64,000 nucleotides of DNA, from positions 55,652-119,651 of the forward strand of contig DKPQ01000011.1 in NCBI GenBank assembly GCA_002471275.1, given 5' to 3'. How positions within the stretch are numbered: position 1 is the first letter of the stretch; every line of letters begins with the position of its first letter. This DNA is from Flammeovirgaceae bacterium UBA7330 (GTDB lineage Bacteria; Bacteroidota; Bacteroidia; Cytophagales; Cyclobacteriaceae). Both the position numbers and the translations under genes were made by a program. The notes under the pieces were generated by a model. It saw nothing but the letters and a program-made list of their open reading frames with translations, was not told the origin of the DNA and ran no database searches. Of this stretch, positions 11,701-19,533 are shown piece by piece.

Positions 11701-13015
11701 CAGGTGAAGCAGCAGTGGATGTGGTGCCATCACCAAAATCCCAGAAATAACTTGTAGGTATCGGGTCGACTATAGGTACGAATTTCGTTGCATTCGTAAA
11801 ACAACTGTCATAATAGTTGAAATCAATGGTCACAAATGTGGGCATGAATTTCGGAGCAAAAGCAGGGAACTGGCGCCCATTGAAGTCTTCATCAAAAACC
11901 AGGCTGTCGTAGACCGTGAGAGCCGCCACACTGTCCGCAAAATCAATGCGTCCGAGTCGGAAAGGACCTCCGTTGGTCAATTGATACAGGTGGTAAATCT
12001 TGTCATCGATTCCGCGCTTTAGTCCCCAGCTTCTATCGAAAGAGTAGGGTAAAATATTGTTGACCGCGGCCAGGGTATCCTGGGTATCATACTGGTAAAG
12101 CTCACCGGGATTGGTGCCATCACCATTTCTGGAGAGATAAAGTTTTGATCCGTCTGCTGACCACTCCAGGTCATAAACCACATCGGGTCCACTGTCTGGA
12201 AATCCGGTATTCAACACCCTTCTGTTGAAAGTGAGGGTGCCTGTGTTCGGGTCAAAGTCCAGCAGTTGGATGTTTCGGTTGGCTGCGCGGCTAGCCACGG
12301 CCAAAGTAAGCGAATCCGGGTGGTAGGCAAAAGCGGATGCTTCAAAGCCCGGTATGGTCACGTTCACAAAGTTGAACGTTTGTGTGGCGCCGATGCCTCC
12401 GGGATTGATTTCTGTCACCAGAAAGTCAAAGGTGCTCCTGTTTTGGGTAATTAACCAGTAGGTATCTACAGCCTGGCTTTCAATGATGATCATGGCTTCG
12501 GAAGGATCAGTGAGCCCTGTTGGCTGATTGGCCAGGGTCAGATCTCCCAGGGGGTATTGTGCTACACTACTATTCCCGGGTATGGTGGCATCCACAATGC
12601 TGTATTGTATTTCATTGGGTCCGGTAGTACCAGGATTGGTGAAGAAATAAAATCTGCCAGTGCTATCAGGGATCGGGCAGGTAACCACTGGCTGATTGAT
12701 GGATGGGTTACCGTTGAGGGTTGTGCCCCCGGCAATAGCGGGAAGCAGTTGGTGGGAACCATCGTATATCCTTTGACCGTCGCTGTAAAATTTTAGGTTT
12801 CCGGTAAATTGGTCACTGACCACACCGGATCCGCCAGTGCCAAAAACAGGGTTTTGGAAGTCGAACAACTCGGGATCCCGTCCATTTTTATCAAAAATGA
12901 AATGATGGTCAGAGTTGCCGAAATACCATTGAGTCTCTATGATGTCCTGAGCAAAAACGGCCTGGGAAGCAAATAGTCCCAGAATAAAAATTACACCTGA
13001 ATAAAATTTTGACAT
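8786..13015 (-). CDS. Giant cell-surface protein: two beta-propeller-like modules, PKD domains, T9SS type B (gliding motility-associated) C-terminal domain
   Basis: PKD signatures WDFGDGTTS and WDFGDGTG. There are duplicated WYFG...LLFYTDG modules. The C-terminus is FAPNAFSPNGNAMNEEFFVF...IYIYNRWGQLIF...WNG...PGTYAY. I chose the start at MSKFYSGVIFILGLFASQAVFAQD (signal peptide) rather than the ORF-track start at 13132. Confidence 0.8.
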   Translation of the reverse strand: MSKFYSGVIFILGLFASQAVFAQDIIETQWYFGNSDHHFIFDKNGRDPELFDFQNPVFGTGGSGVVSDQFTGNLKFYSDGQRIYDGSHQLLPAIAGGTTLNGNPSINQPVVTCPIPDSTGRFYFFTNPGTTGPNEIQYSIVDATIPGNSSVAQYPLGDLTLANQPTGLTDPSEAMIIIESQAVDTYWLITQNRSTFDFLVTEINPGGIGATQTFNFVNVTIPGFEASAFAYHPDSLTLAVASRAANRNIQLLDFDPNTGTLTFNRRVLNTGFPDSGPDVVYDLEWSADGSKLYLSRNGDGTNPGELYQYDTQDTLAAVNNILPYSFDRSWGLKRGIDDKIYHLYQLTNGGPFRLGRIDFADSVAALTVYDSLVFDEDFNGRQFPAFAPKFMPTFVTIDFNYYDSCFTNATKFVPIVDPIPTSYFWDFGDGTTSTAASPVYAFQAAGGSFVSLTVELNGRSDRIVLPIDIPDSTFTVDLGNDTTICVDETLDLDAGAGGLRYIWSTGETSQIITIDTAGTYWVEVTGPNGCTVVDDIVVTEYGVANQVANQWYFGEMAGIDFNTTPPTPLADANMMFSPEGCATISDIGGQLLFYTDGVTVWNKEHNVMFNGTNIGGENTSAQSAIIVPFADDATLYWIFTTEEVYGDFEYQLKYSIVDMKGDTARGEVISKNNVLANDITERLTASGFTANSLVISHEFGNNVFRAYQIIAEGISAPIWSVAGENDPYQDPLTGRGYMKLSPAAGIIATASGSSSSNGVEICDYDFATGVITNGRTIDIGEPVANQAYGIEISAGGNRMYISTIGGGSKLMQFDLDSLGTPTEVADIEASKFDYGGQGGVLGALQTGPDGVIYGAIDNNPDLLTIQTPDGNDNGASVVANGFNLAGRISRLGLPNFVQFQGTTPPPPGMSITTACVGQATTFTAAGRDPYIETYAWDFGDGTGTDFSTDPDTTHIYTNDTTYIVTLTLRNRCDVDSIFTDTITVYTIPELPMVPSDTALCGGSLTLNAWDVDRPDLRYYWSTGDTTRSVTFTAPAIVDVAISNTDGCASDTVTVFIGDGRPNLELGADRSFCQRDTVPDLSVGNAGADFTWYVDGIEVGTNETQSVNTQIAGTFVYSVDIIDPFSGCLGQDSVTITIQPEASITTNSITPSTCGNADGTIDFSISTPGSFTYTINGPVSQGPFAFDGPGTPPLLTGLSSGSYSLNVTNTVTGCNSVNVVQVEDDAPFDMDALAINRCSSDAEISIGFRNVVPSAVNINVFNSSGINVFSQSNVSTSTNIFVTGLDTGRYFVEAREVNAPFCLQTDTVTLTISTECLLTIFAPNAFSPNGNAMNEEFFVFPNDFVESFEIYIYNRWGQLIFRSEDKNFRWNGYFGDALSPPGTYAYIMKFTSSLAPGQEQEQYGSITLIR

Positions 13016-13062
13016 ATAATCCTTAAAACATCTCCACCAATATACTTGTTCAACACATGAAA

Positions 13063-13070
13063 CAAAATTA
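13063..13070 (-). promoter_or_regulatory. Bacteroidota-type -7 box TAatTTTG for the giant adhesin operon
   Basis: The minus strand reads TAATTTTG (plus strand caaaatta), about 48 nt upstream of the ATG at 13015. It lies inside the longer ORF-track extension. Confidence 0.4.
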
Positions 13071-13144
13071 AGGTAAAATACTAACGCCTTACTTTTCGTT
13101 ACATTACGTAGTTTAGCAGTTTTATTGGACAATTATTACTCCAG

Positions 13145-14212
13145 TTGAATAGATCAAACAGGTTATACCACTTAGCTTCAGGCTGTGTCTCCTTTTGGGT
13201 GTTGGTGTTTTCGCTTGTGAATATAAATAATTTACAGGCACAGGACCCACAGTTTTCACAGTATTATGCAGCGCCTATGTACCTCAATCCCGGATTGGTT
13301 GGTATCAACCAAAAGGGCAGGGCAGGTATCAACTACCGCAACCAGTGGCCATCCATTGCGGCCAATTTCGAGACCTATTCTTTTTCCATGGAGTACAATT
13401 GGGAAGATTATTACAGCAGTGCGGGTATCATCGTAAATACAGACAGAGAAGGAATCGCAGGTCTTCAGTCTACCAATATCGGTTTACAGTATGCTTACCA
13501 GGTCAGACTAAATTACAGATGGACTTTTCGGCCAGGGATTGAATTCTCCTATTACTGGAGGGATATCAATTTTGATCAGCTCACTTTTGGCGATCAGTTT
13601 GACCAGACGGGTCAGGTCCGACCAATCACCGGTGAAACATTCGATACCGGTCTGAATGCCAGATTTTTCGATATGGCGCTGGGAGGGATTGTATATAACC
13701 CCAATGCCTGGTTCGGGTATGCCATGCATCACGTGCTGGAACCTAATCAGTCCATTGCAGGGGGTGATTCTCCCTTACCAAGGCGGATAAGTATTCATGG
13801 GGGTTATAAAATCCCTTTTACAGCCATCAACAAAAGAGCTACTTTGAATCCGGAGGGAAGGGAACGCAGCATGACTCCGTCTGTGAATTACCGGATCCAG
13901 GGAGAGTTTGACCAGCTGGACCTGGGGCTGTATTTTACCCTGGAACCCATCTTGTTGGGGACCTGGTATCGTGGGATTCCAATTAGGTCCGTTGATGGAG
14001 TCGCCAATAGCGAATCAGTTATTTTTATGATCGGATTTAGTAAGAATAACCTGTCTATCGGATATAGTTTTGACTATACGATATCCGATCTCGGGATCCA
14101 AAGTGGAGGAGCACATGAAGTGTCCATTGCTTATGCTTTCAGCCTGGCAGATCCAAGGAAACCACCGAAAAACGTCCGGGAGCTGAGCTGCCCCATACCT
14201 TTCATTTTCTAG
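13145..14212 (+). CDS. T9SS membrane protein, PorP/SprF family
   Basis: Signal peptide ending NNLQAQ, followed by the family hallmark DPQFSQYYAAPMYLNPGLVG. Divergent from the type B CTD gene. TTG is the only possible start. Confidence 0.8.
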   Translation: MNRSNRLYHLASGCVSFWVLVFSLVNINNLQAQDPQFSQYYAAPMYLNPGLVGINQKGRAGINYRNQWPSIAANFETYSFSMEYNWEDYYSSAGIIVNTDREGIAGLQSTNIGLQYAYQVRLNYRWTFRPGIEFSYYWRDINFDQLTFGDQFDQTGQVRPITGETFDTGLNARFFDMALGGIVYNPNAWFGYAMHHVLEPNQSIAGGDSPLPRRISIHGGYKIPFTAINKRATLNPEGRERSMTPSVNYRIQGEFDQLDLGLYFTLEPILLGTWYRGIPIRSVDGVANSESVIFMIGFSKNNLSIGYSFDYTISDLGIQSGGAHEVSIAYAFSLADPRKPPKNVRELSCPIPFIF

Positions 14213-14235
14213 TTCAGCCATTTCCCTTATCCTGT

Positions 14236-14243
14236 TAACTTTG
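14236..14243 (+). promoter_or_regulatory. Candidate -7 box TAacTTTG upstream of the M48 peptidase gene
   Basis: An exact TAnnTTTG match ends 6 nt before the ATG at 14250. Confidence 0.3.
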
Positions 14244-14249
14244 CGCGTC

Positions 14250-15485
14250 ATGAACAACGAGGTGATATTGACTATTATGCTGATCATCGTATCAGCAGAT
14301 TTTATATTAGAGCGCGTACTTTCCATGCTGAATGCCAAAAGTGGTAAAAAGCCCATTCCCAAGGCGTTGGAGGGTATTTACGATGAGGAGAAATACAAGA
14401 AATCTCAGGACTATAATCAGACCGTCACGCGGTTTGGTAACATCACCGCTTCGTTGAGTTTTGTGATCACCATTGCAGCATTGTATTTTGGATGGTTTGG
14501 CCTGCTGGATCAGTGGGTGCGGGGATTCTTTTCCAATGAGATATTCGTTTCTCTGGCTTTCTTCGGGGCCATTTTCCTGTTCTCTGAGGTGACAGGCACG
14601 CCCTTTTCCTATTACAAGAATTTTGTGATCGAAGAAAAATTCGGGTTCAACAAGATGACCATTCGGACCTTCTGGATGGACAAGTTTAAAGGACTAGTGA
14701 TCACCGTATTGATCGGAGGTTTGTTGATCGTTGCCCTGCTTTACCTCGTGCAAGTCATGGGTGAAGGCTTTTGGATGTATTTCTGGGTGATCATCACGGC
14801 GTTCGTATTGTTTATGAATGTGTTTTACACCTCATGGATCCTGCCTTTGTTCAATAAACTCACGCCCATGGAAGATGGAGAGCTTTATCAATCCATCAAA
14901 GGATATAGCGAAAAGGTGAATTTCCCACTCAGCAACATCTTCGTGATGGACGGCTCCAGGCGATCCAGCAAAGGCAATGCCTTCTTTAGTGGTTTTGGGA
15001 AGCGCAAGAAGGTCGTGCTGTTTGATACCCTGATTGAGAAGCACACCGTAGAGGAACTGACGGCCGTATTTGCCCATGAGGTCGGCCATTTCAAGAAGAA
15101 ACACATCGTGTTCACCACGATCGTGAGCATCCTCACGACGGGGCTAATGCTATTCCTGCTGTCCCTGATGATCAACAATCAGGAAGTGAGCCTGGCAATG
15201 GGTGGAACCGTCTCAGCAATCCACCTCAACATCCTGGCTTTTGGTATTCTGTTTACTCCTGTATCAAGGGTCCTCGGCATCTTGAGCAATCTCATGAGCC
15301 GAAAATATGAATACGAAGCTGATCGTTATGCCGACGATACTTATGATGGCAAGCCATTGATCACGGCGCTGAAGACCATGAGTAGCGATCACCTGACGAA
15401 CCTTACGCCTCACCCGGCCTATGTGTTCCTGCACTATTCCCATCCTACGTTGCTACAACGGATGCAGGCATTAAATTTTAAATAG
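14250..15485 (+). CDS. M48 family zinc metallopeptidase (Ste24/CAAX prenyl protease-like), polytopic membrane protein
   Basis: HEXXH in FAHEVGHFKKKH, multiple TM segments, and a C-terminal HPTLLQR motif. I preferred the ATG at 14250 over the TTG at 14241. Confidence 0.8.
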   Translation: MNNEVILTIMLIIVSADFILERVLSMLNAKSGKKPIPKALEGIYDEEKYKKSQDYNQTVTRFGNITASLSFVITIAALYFGWFGLLDQWVRGFFSNEIFVSLAFFGAIFLFSEVTGTPFSYYKNFVIEEKFGFNKMTIRTFWMDKFKGLVITVLIGGLLIVALLYLVQVMGEGFWMYFWVIITAFVLFMNVFYTSWILPLFNKLTPMEDGELYQSIKGYSEKVNFPLSNIFVMDGSRRSSKGNAFFSGFGKRKKVVLFDTLIEKHTVEELTAVFAHEVGHFKKKHIVFTTIVSILTTGLMLFLLSLMINNQEVSLAMGGTVSAIHLNILAFGILFTPVSRVLGILSNLMSRKYEYEADRYADDTYDGKPLITALKTMSSDHLTNLTPHPAYVFLHYSHPTLLQRMQALNFK

Positions 15486-15872
15486 GTCCATTATTAAACT
15501 GAACCATTAAGCCATTAAGGGAATTAAGCTTAATGTCGATGTTGTCACGCACATGTATGCTTTATAGGACCATCTGGTCTTGATATTTATGCAATGGAAG
15601 CTGAAGGGTACCTTCATGTGCAGAATGTACCCGTTGCATATCACCGTGGTTTTAACTAGTTTAGTTTTGCAATTAGTAGGGTGTTCGGAATTACTCCTTT
15701 TTTTATGGACATAGATCGCTCAAAATACAAAGTCTGGGATGGAATATAAGCCTGCTGATTTTAGCAAAGGGATCCCTATCTGGCTGGCAGAAGGGTTAAT
15801 GTTTGGAAAACTGATGAAATGGTGGATGGGGAAAAGGTTAAGAATGTTGTAAATTCATAATTTTCTATCCCA

Positions 15873-16667
15873 TTGAGAGCATACCACTTATCGGTTTTAG
15901 GTTTAGACGAATCTGCTACAAAAGCTGATGTCAAATCATCATATCGGTTGCTGTCAAAAAGGTATCATCCGGACGTCAATAAGTCTCCTGATGCCCAGGA
16001 GCAGTTTATTCGGATCAAGGAGGCTTATGAGTACCTGACCAAACCACCAGTGTATGAAGAGACTCGGATATATTATAATGAAGAGCAGGCTGCGAGAGAA
16101 CGTTGGAGGAATGAGTACAGAAGGAAAGCCAGGGAAAAAGCCTTTGAACAGCAACGTCTTCAGCGCGAACTAATCAATCGATTGATATCCTGGTTTAAGC
16201 CAGTTGCGATTGGGGTTCTGATTTTTAACTCGCTTTTGGTTGTCGATTTTGTATTGCCATTTCGCAATCATGAACAAAAAATTGAAGGAATAAACCGGGT
16301 CTATGAAACTGCAGGATACAAGACCGGTAACAGAAGAGCTGTATACAGGTATGATGAAATGCTTTTCAATGATTTCACCATGCTTTTTGATCGGGGAGAG
16401 GTGATTAACCTTGATCACTATGACAAGGCAGTAGTCGAAGCAACCATTATTTTTTCCAGGCCTATGTATGCCATCATCACAGTGGATGGAAAAGCTGAGC
16501 GACACAAGCAGATTTACAATATCTACTATGTCTTCGGTTTCCTGATACCTATTATGATTTCTTTGAGTGTTCTCTTTTTAAAGCTTAAAAAACCAATGCA
16601 AAAACTGAATGCTTCTATTGTGCTCTTTGTGTTTTCTATCATTCAACTCTTTTTGTACTTCTTATGA
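15873..16667 (+). CDS. J-domain (DnaJ-like) membrane protein
   Basis: J domain with HPD (LGLDESATKADVKSSYRLLSKRYHPDVNKSPDAQEQFIRIKEAYEYL), then hydrophobic segments. TTG start. Confidence 0.65.
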   Translation: MRAYHLSVLGLDESATKADVKSSYRLLSKRYHPDVNKSPDAQEQFIRIKEAYEYLTKPPVYEETRIYYNEEQAARERWRNEYRRKAREKAFEQQRLQRELINRLISWFKPVAIGVLIFNSLLVVDFVLPFRNHEQKIEGINRVYETAGYKTGNRRAVYRYDEMLFNDFTMLFDRGEVINLDHYDKAVVEATIIFSRPMYAIITVDGKAERHKQIYNIYYVFGFLIPIMISLSVLFLKLKKPMQKLNASIVLFVFSIIQLFLYFL

Positions 16668-16715
16668 CTTTCATTTACGACTCACTTTCACCATCCACAA
16701 TTAACATTTAATAAA

Positions 16716-17171
16716 ATGAAATCTGTATTGATCCTCTTATTGACGTATGTTTTGTCAGCTAGCCAGATCCTGGGTCAGGATCAGACTGAATCGCATCATC
16801 CCAAACCCGATGTATATATCGATGGTAACAAGTATGACTACAAGATCTTTAGCCTCCTTGACCCGGAAAAGATCGCATCAGTCAAAGTGCTGAAAGGGAA
16901 CGAGGCACTGGAAAAATACGGCGCTGAAAATGGAGTGATCCTGGTAAAAACCAGGCAGGCTGAATTGGATACAAATGAGGCAGGAGAGCTTGCTGGAGAC
17001 AACCAGGAAAAGCATCTTATCATCATTGATGGAGAGGTTGCCGATAGCGATGATTTGATCATTTTGAATCGCAAGGATGTGAAGTCTATCAAGGTGATGA
17101 AAGGGTCAGAAGCTAAAGAGAAGTACAATGCTCCTAATGGGGTAGTGATCATTACAACCAAAAAGAAGTAA
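16716..17171 (+). CDS. Secreted protein made of two TonB-receptor-plug-like repeats
   Basis: Signal peptide, plus an internal duplication: VYIDGNKY...IASVKVLKGNEALEKYGAENGVILVKTRQ and IIIDGEVA...VKSIKVMKGSEAKEKYNAPNGVVIITTKK. Confidence 0.5.
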   Translation: MKSVLILLLTYVLSASQILGQDQTESHHPKPDVYIDGNKYDYKIFSLLDPEKIASVKVLKGNEALEKYGAENGVILVKTRQAELDTNEAGELAGDNQEKHLIIIDGEVADSDDLIILNRKDVKSIKVMKGSEAKEKYNAPNGVVIITTKKK

Positions 17172-17208
17172 TTACCCATAACTTTGTAACACCATATAAC
17201 TCAGGAAT

Positions 17209-17775
17209 TTGAATGCAGTGGCGAATTACTTACACCATATATTGCCCCCTGAAAGAGCTGCGGAACTGACCCGAATTAGCAGACAGGTTACTGTCAAATC
17301 AGGCAGTTATTTCATTCGTCAGGGGGAGGTGCCGAGGAAAGTAGCCTTTGTAATTTCCGGGCTCTTTAGATATGTATATATCACTGAGAATGGTGATGAA
17401 TATACAAAATCGCTGATTCAGCAGGGCAGCTATATCAGTTCTTACTCTGCGATGATTGCTGCAACGCCTTCACATTTTTATATCCAGGCTCTGGAAGATG
17501 CTGAGATAATGCAAACACCCTATTTGAAGTGGAAAGAATTACTGGATTCGGATCCTTTTTGGGTGTCATTTCTATTGAAGTTTATTGAAAAGGGTTTTGT
17601 TACGAAAGAGAAACGTGAAAGAGACCTGCTACTCCTGGATGCTGAAACAAGGTATCTGGATTTTTTAAGAGAGTTTCCGGGCCTGGAAAAACGAGTAAAA
17701 CAAAATATCATAGCCTCATACCTGGGCATTAAACCAGAATCCCTGAGCAGGATCAGAAAAAATCTACAGTCTTAA
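17209..17775 (+). CDS. Crp/Fnr family transcriptional regulator
   Basis: cNMP-binding-like N-terminal domain and a C-terminal HTH (IASYLGIKPESLSRIRK). 188 aa. Confidence 0.75.
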   Translation: MNAVANYLHHILPPERAAELTRISRQVTVKSGSYFIRQGEVPRKVAFVISGLFRYVYITENGDEYTKSLIQQGSYISSYSAMIAATPSHFYIQALEDAEIMQTPYLKWKELLDSDPFWVSFLLKFIEKGFVTKEKRERDLLLLDAETRYLDFLREFPGLEKRVKQNIIASYLGIKPESLSRIRKNLQS

Positions 17776-17838
17776 CATAGGTCAATGCACAGGTGATCCT
17801 TGCCTCATAATTTAGTCCCAAAATAAAATTATTTAATC

Positions 17839-18576
17839 ATGGGACTACAGCATAAGAGTGTTTTAATAACGGGAGGAAGCTCGGGTATCGGTCTGGAGCT
17901 AAGTCATCAGTTGATTGCCAGGAAGAATAAGGTAATCATTTGCGGAAGGTCGTTGAAAAAATTACAGGAAGCAAAAGCCAAACTTCCTGAATTATACATT
18001 ATTCAGTGTGATCTCTCTGATGTCAGCCAATGCGATCAACTGATAAGCCAGGTCAAAAAAGAACATCCGGACCTGAATATCCTCATCAATAACGCCGCGA
18101 TAGTGCACAGGGAGAGCTTCCTGGGATCAATGGATAGCTGTAAAAAGGCTGAGCTTGAGCTGCAAGTTAATTTATTGGCTCCACTAAGGTTGACTGAAGG
18201 ATTATGGTCTATGCTTCAGTCAAATAGTGATCCTTCTATTATCAATGTTACAACAGGATTGATCTATGCACCAAGGGCAGACTATCCGTTTTACAATGCC
18301 ACGAAATCAGCATTGCATTCCTTTACCCAGGTACTTAGGAGACAAACAGTTGGATCCGGTGTTAAGGTTATCGAGGTCATGTTTCCAGCTGTAGATACCC
18401 CGTGGCACCAGGGTCGACCACCAAAAATTGCTATATCACCCCAACAAGCAGTCAATGAAATGCTCGGAGGTTTAGAGAAAGGGAAAGATGAGATTCGAGT
18501 AGGTGGTGTGAATTTATTGTATTTGGCGTCCAGGATTGCGCCCCAGTTTGCAATAAATAAGGTGAATAGCCTTTAA
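17839..18576 (+). CDS. Short-chain dehydrogenase/reductase (SDR)
   Basis: TGGSSGIG cofactor motif, NNAA, and catalytic YNATK. Confidence 0.8.
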   Translation: MGLQHKSVLITGGSSGIGLELSHQLIARKNKVIICGRSLKKLQEAKAKLPELYIIQCDLSDVSQCDQLISQVKKEHPDLNILINNAAIVHRESFLGSMDSCKKAELELQVNLLAPLRLTEGLWSMLQSNSDPSIINVTTGLIYAPRADYPFYNATKSALHSFTQVLRRQTVGSGVKVIEVMFPAVDTPWHQGRPPKIAISPQQAVNEMLGGLEKGKDEIRVGGVNLLYLASRIAPQFAINKVNSL

Positions 18577-18707
18577 AATGATATCATGACGACATCTTGA
18601 TAATTAATTTCATAATTTTCTATTGAAATGACCGATTCTGTCAAAAACCATCTTTCCTTTGAAAGGTCAAAAGGTTTCTAAATAAAATAAGGACAAAATA
18701 GACAAGA

Positions 18708-19517
18708 ATGAGACTCATAATCGGAGCCATTGTGATGGCACTATTGGTAGCGTCATGCACCAATAAAAAACAAGAGAACACAGCAACAACCCAATTTCTG
18801 AACAAAGGTCACGAGGTGGTCTATCAAATGGTGAAGCAGGTTGGTACTTACGAGGAGCTTTGGAAGAGAAAAGATGTTGTTTACACATACACCTACCAGA
18901 CGCCAGATGGTAAAACGGATATTTCAACAGAGAAATACCTTTTTGATGGCGAGTTGTCTGTAGGTATCTATCACCAGCATGAGAGAACTTTACCTCACCT
19001 GGAGGGCGAGTTCAAGCAGGGGTATGACAGTGAGAATTTCTGGATATTACATAAGGGTGAATATTTGGATGATGAAGAAGCCATGAAAAGAGTTCGATTC
19101 AACAGGAAGACCAACTTCTACTGGTTTGCCATGTTTCAGAAGCTTTTAGATCCGGGGGTTAACTATGAGTACCTGAGAGAGGAGATCATTGATGGGCAGA
19201 AATATGATGTGGTGAAGATCACTTTTGACTCAGAAAACGACAAACAAACGGATATCTATCAACTCTACGTCAACAAGAAAACTAATCTTGTTGATCAGTT
19301 CTTGTTTACCGTGGTTGATTTTGGGGTAGTAGAAAATCCTATGTTGATGAAAGTGGAGTATGAAAAAATAGATGGCCTGATGATTCCAAATAAACGCATT
19401 TATAAAAAGTCCACCTGGGATGCGGTGGTAGATGATAAACCCTGGATCAAAGTCAACTGGTCTGACATTAAATTCAGTAATGGGTTGACCAGAGAAACAT
19501 TTTTAAAGCAAGGATAG
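18708..19517 (+). CDS. Putative lipoprotein, unknown function
   Basis: Lipobox ALLVASC after a short signal sequence. 269 aa with no catalytic motif recognised. Confidence 0.55.
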   Translation: MRLIIGAIVMALLVASCTNKKQENTATTQFLNKGHEVVYQMVKQVGTYEELWKRKDVVYTYTYQTPDGKTDISTEKYLFDGELSVGIYHQHERTLPHLEGEFKQGYDSENFWILHKGEYLDDEEAMKRVRFNRKTNFYWFAMFQKLLDPGVNYEYLREEIIDGQKYDVVKITFDSENDKQTDIYQLYVNKKTNLVDQFLFTVVDFGVVENPMLMKVEYEKIDGLMIPNKRIYKKSTWDAVVDDKPWIKVNWSDIKFSNGLTRETFLKQG

Positions 19518-19533
19518 AAAACGGGGATTTAGA

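Noticed and set aside
13016-13132. 39-codon N-terminal extension of the giant adhesin ORF
   Set aside because: The extension is not signal-peptide-like and contains a TAnnTTTG promoter box. The internal Met at 13015 opens a canonical signal peptide.
15854-18622. Exact 15-mer TTCATAATTTTCTAT present at 15854-15868 and 18608-18622, both upstream of genes
   Set aside because: A single AT-rich 15-mer match is roughly what chance predicts in 64 kb on two strands. There is no dyad symmetry and no third copy.
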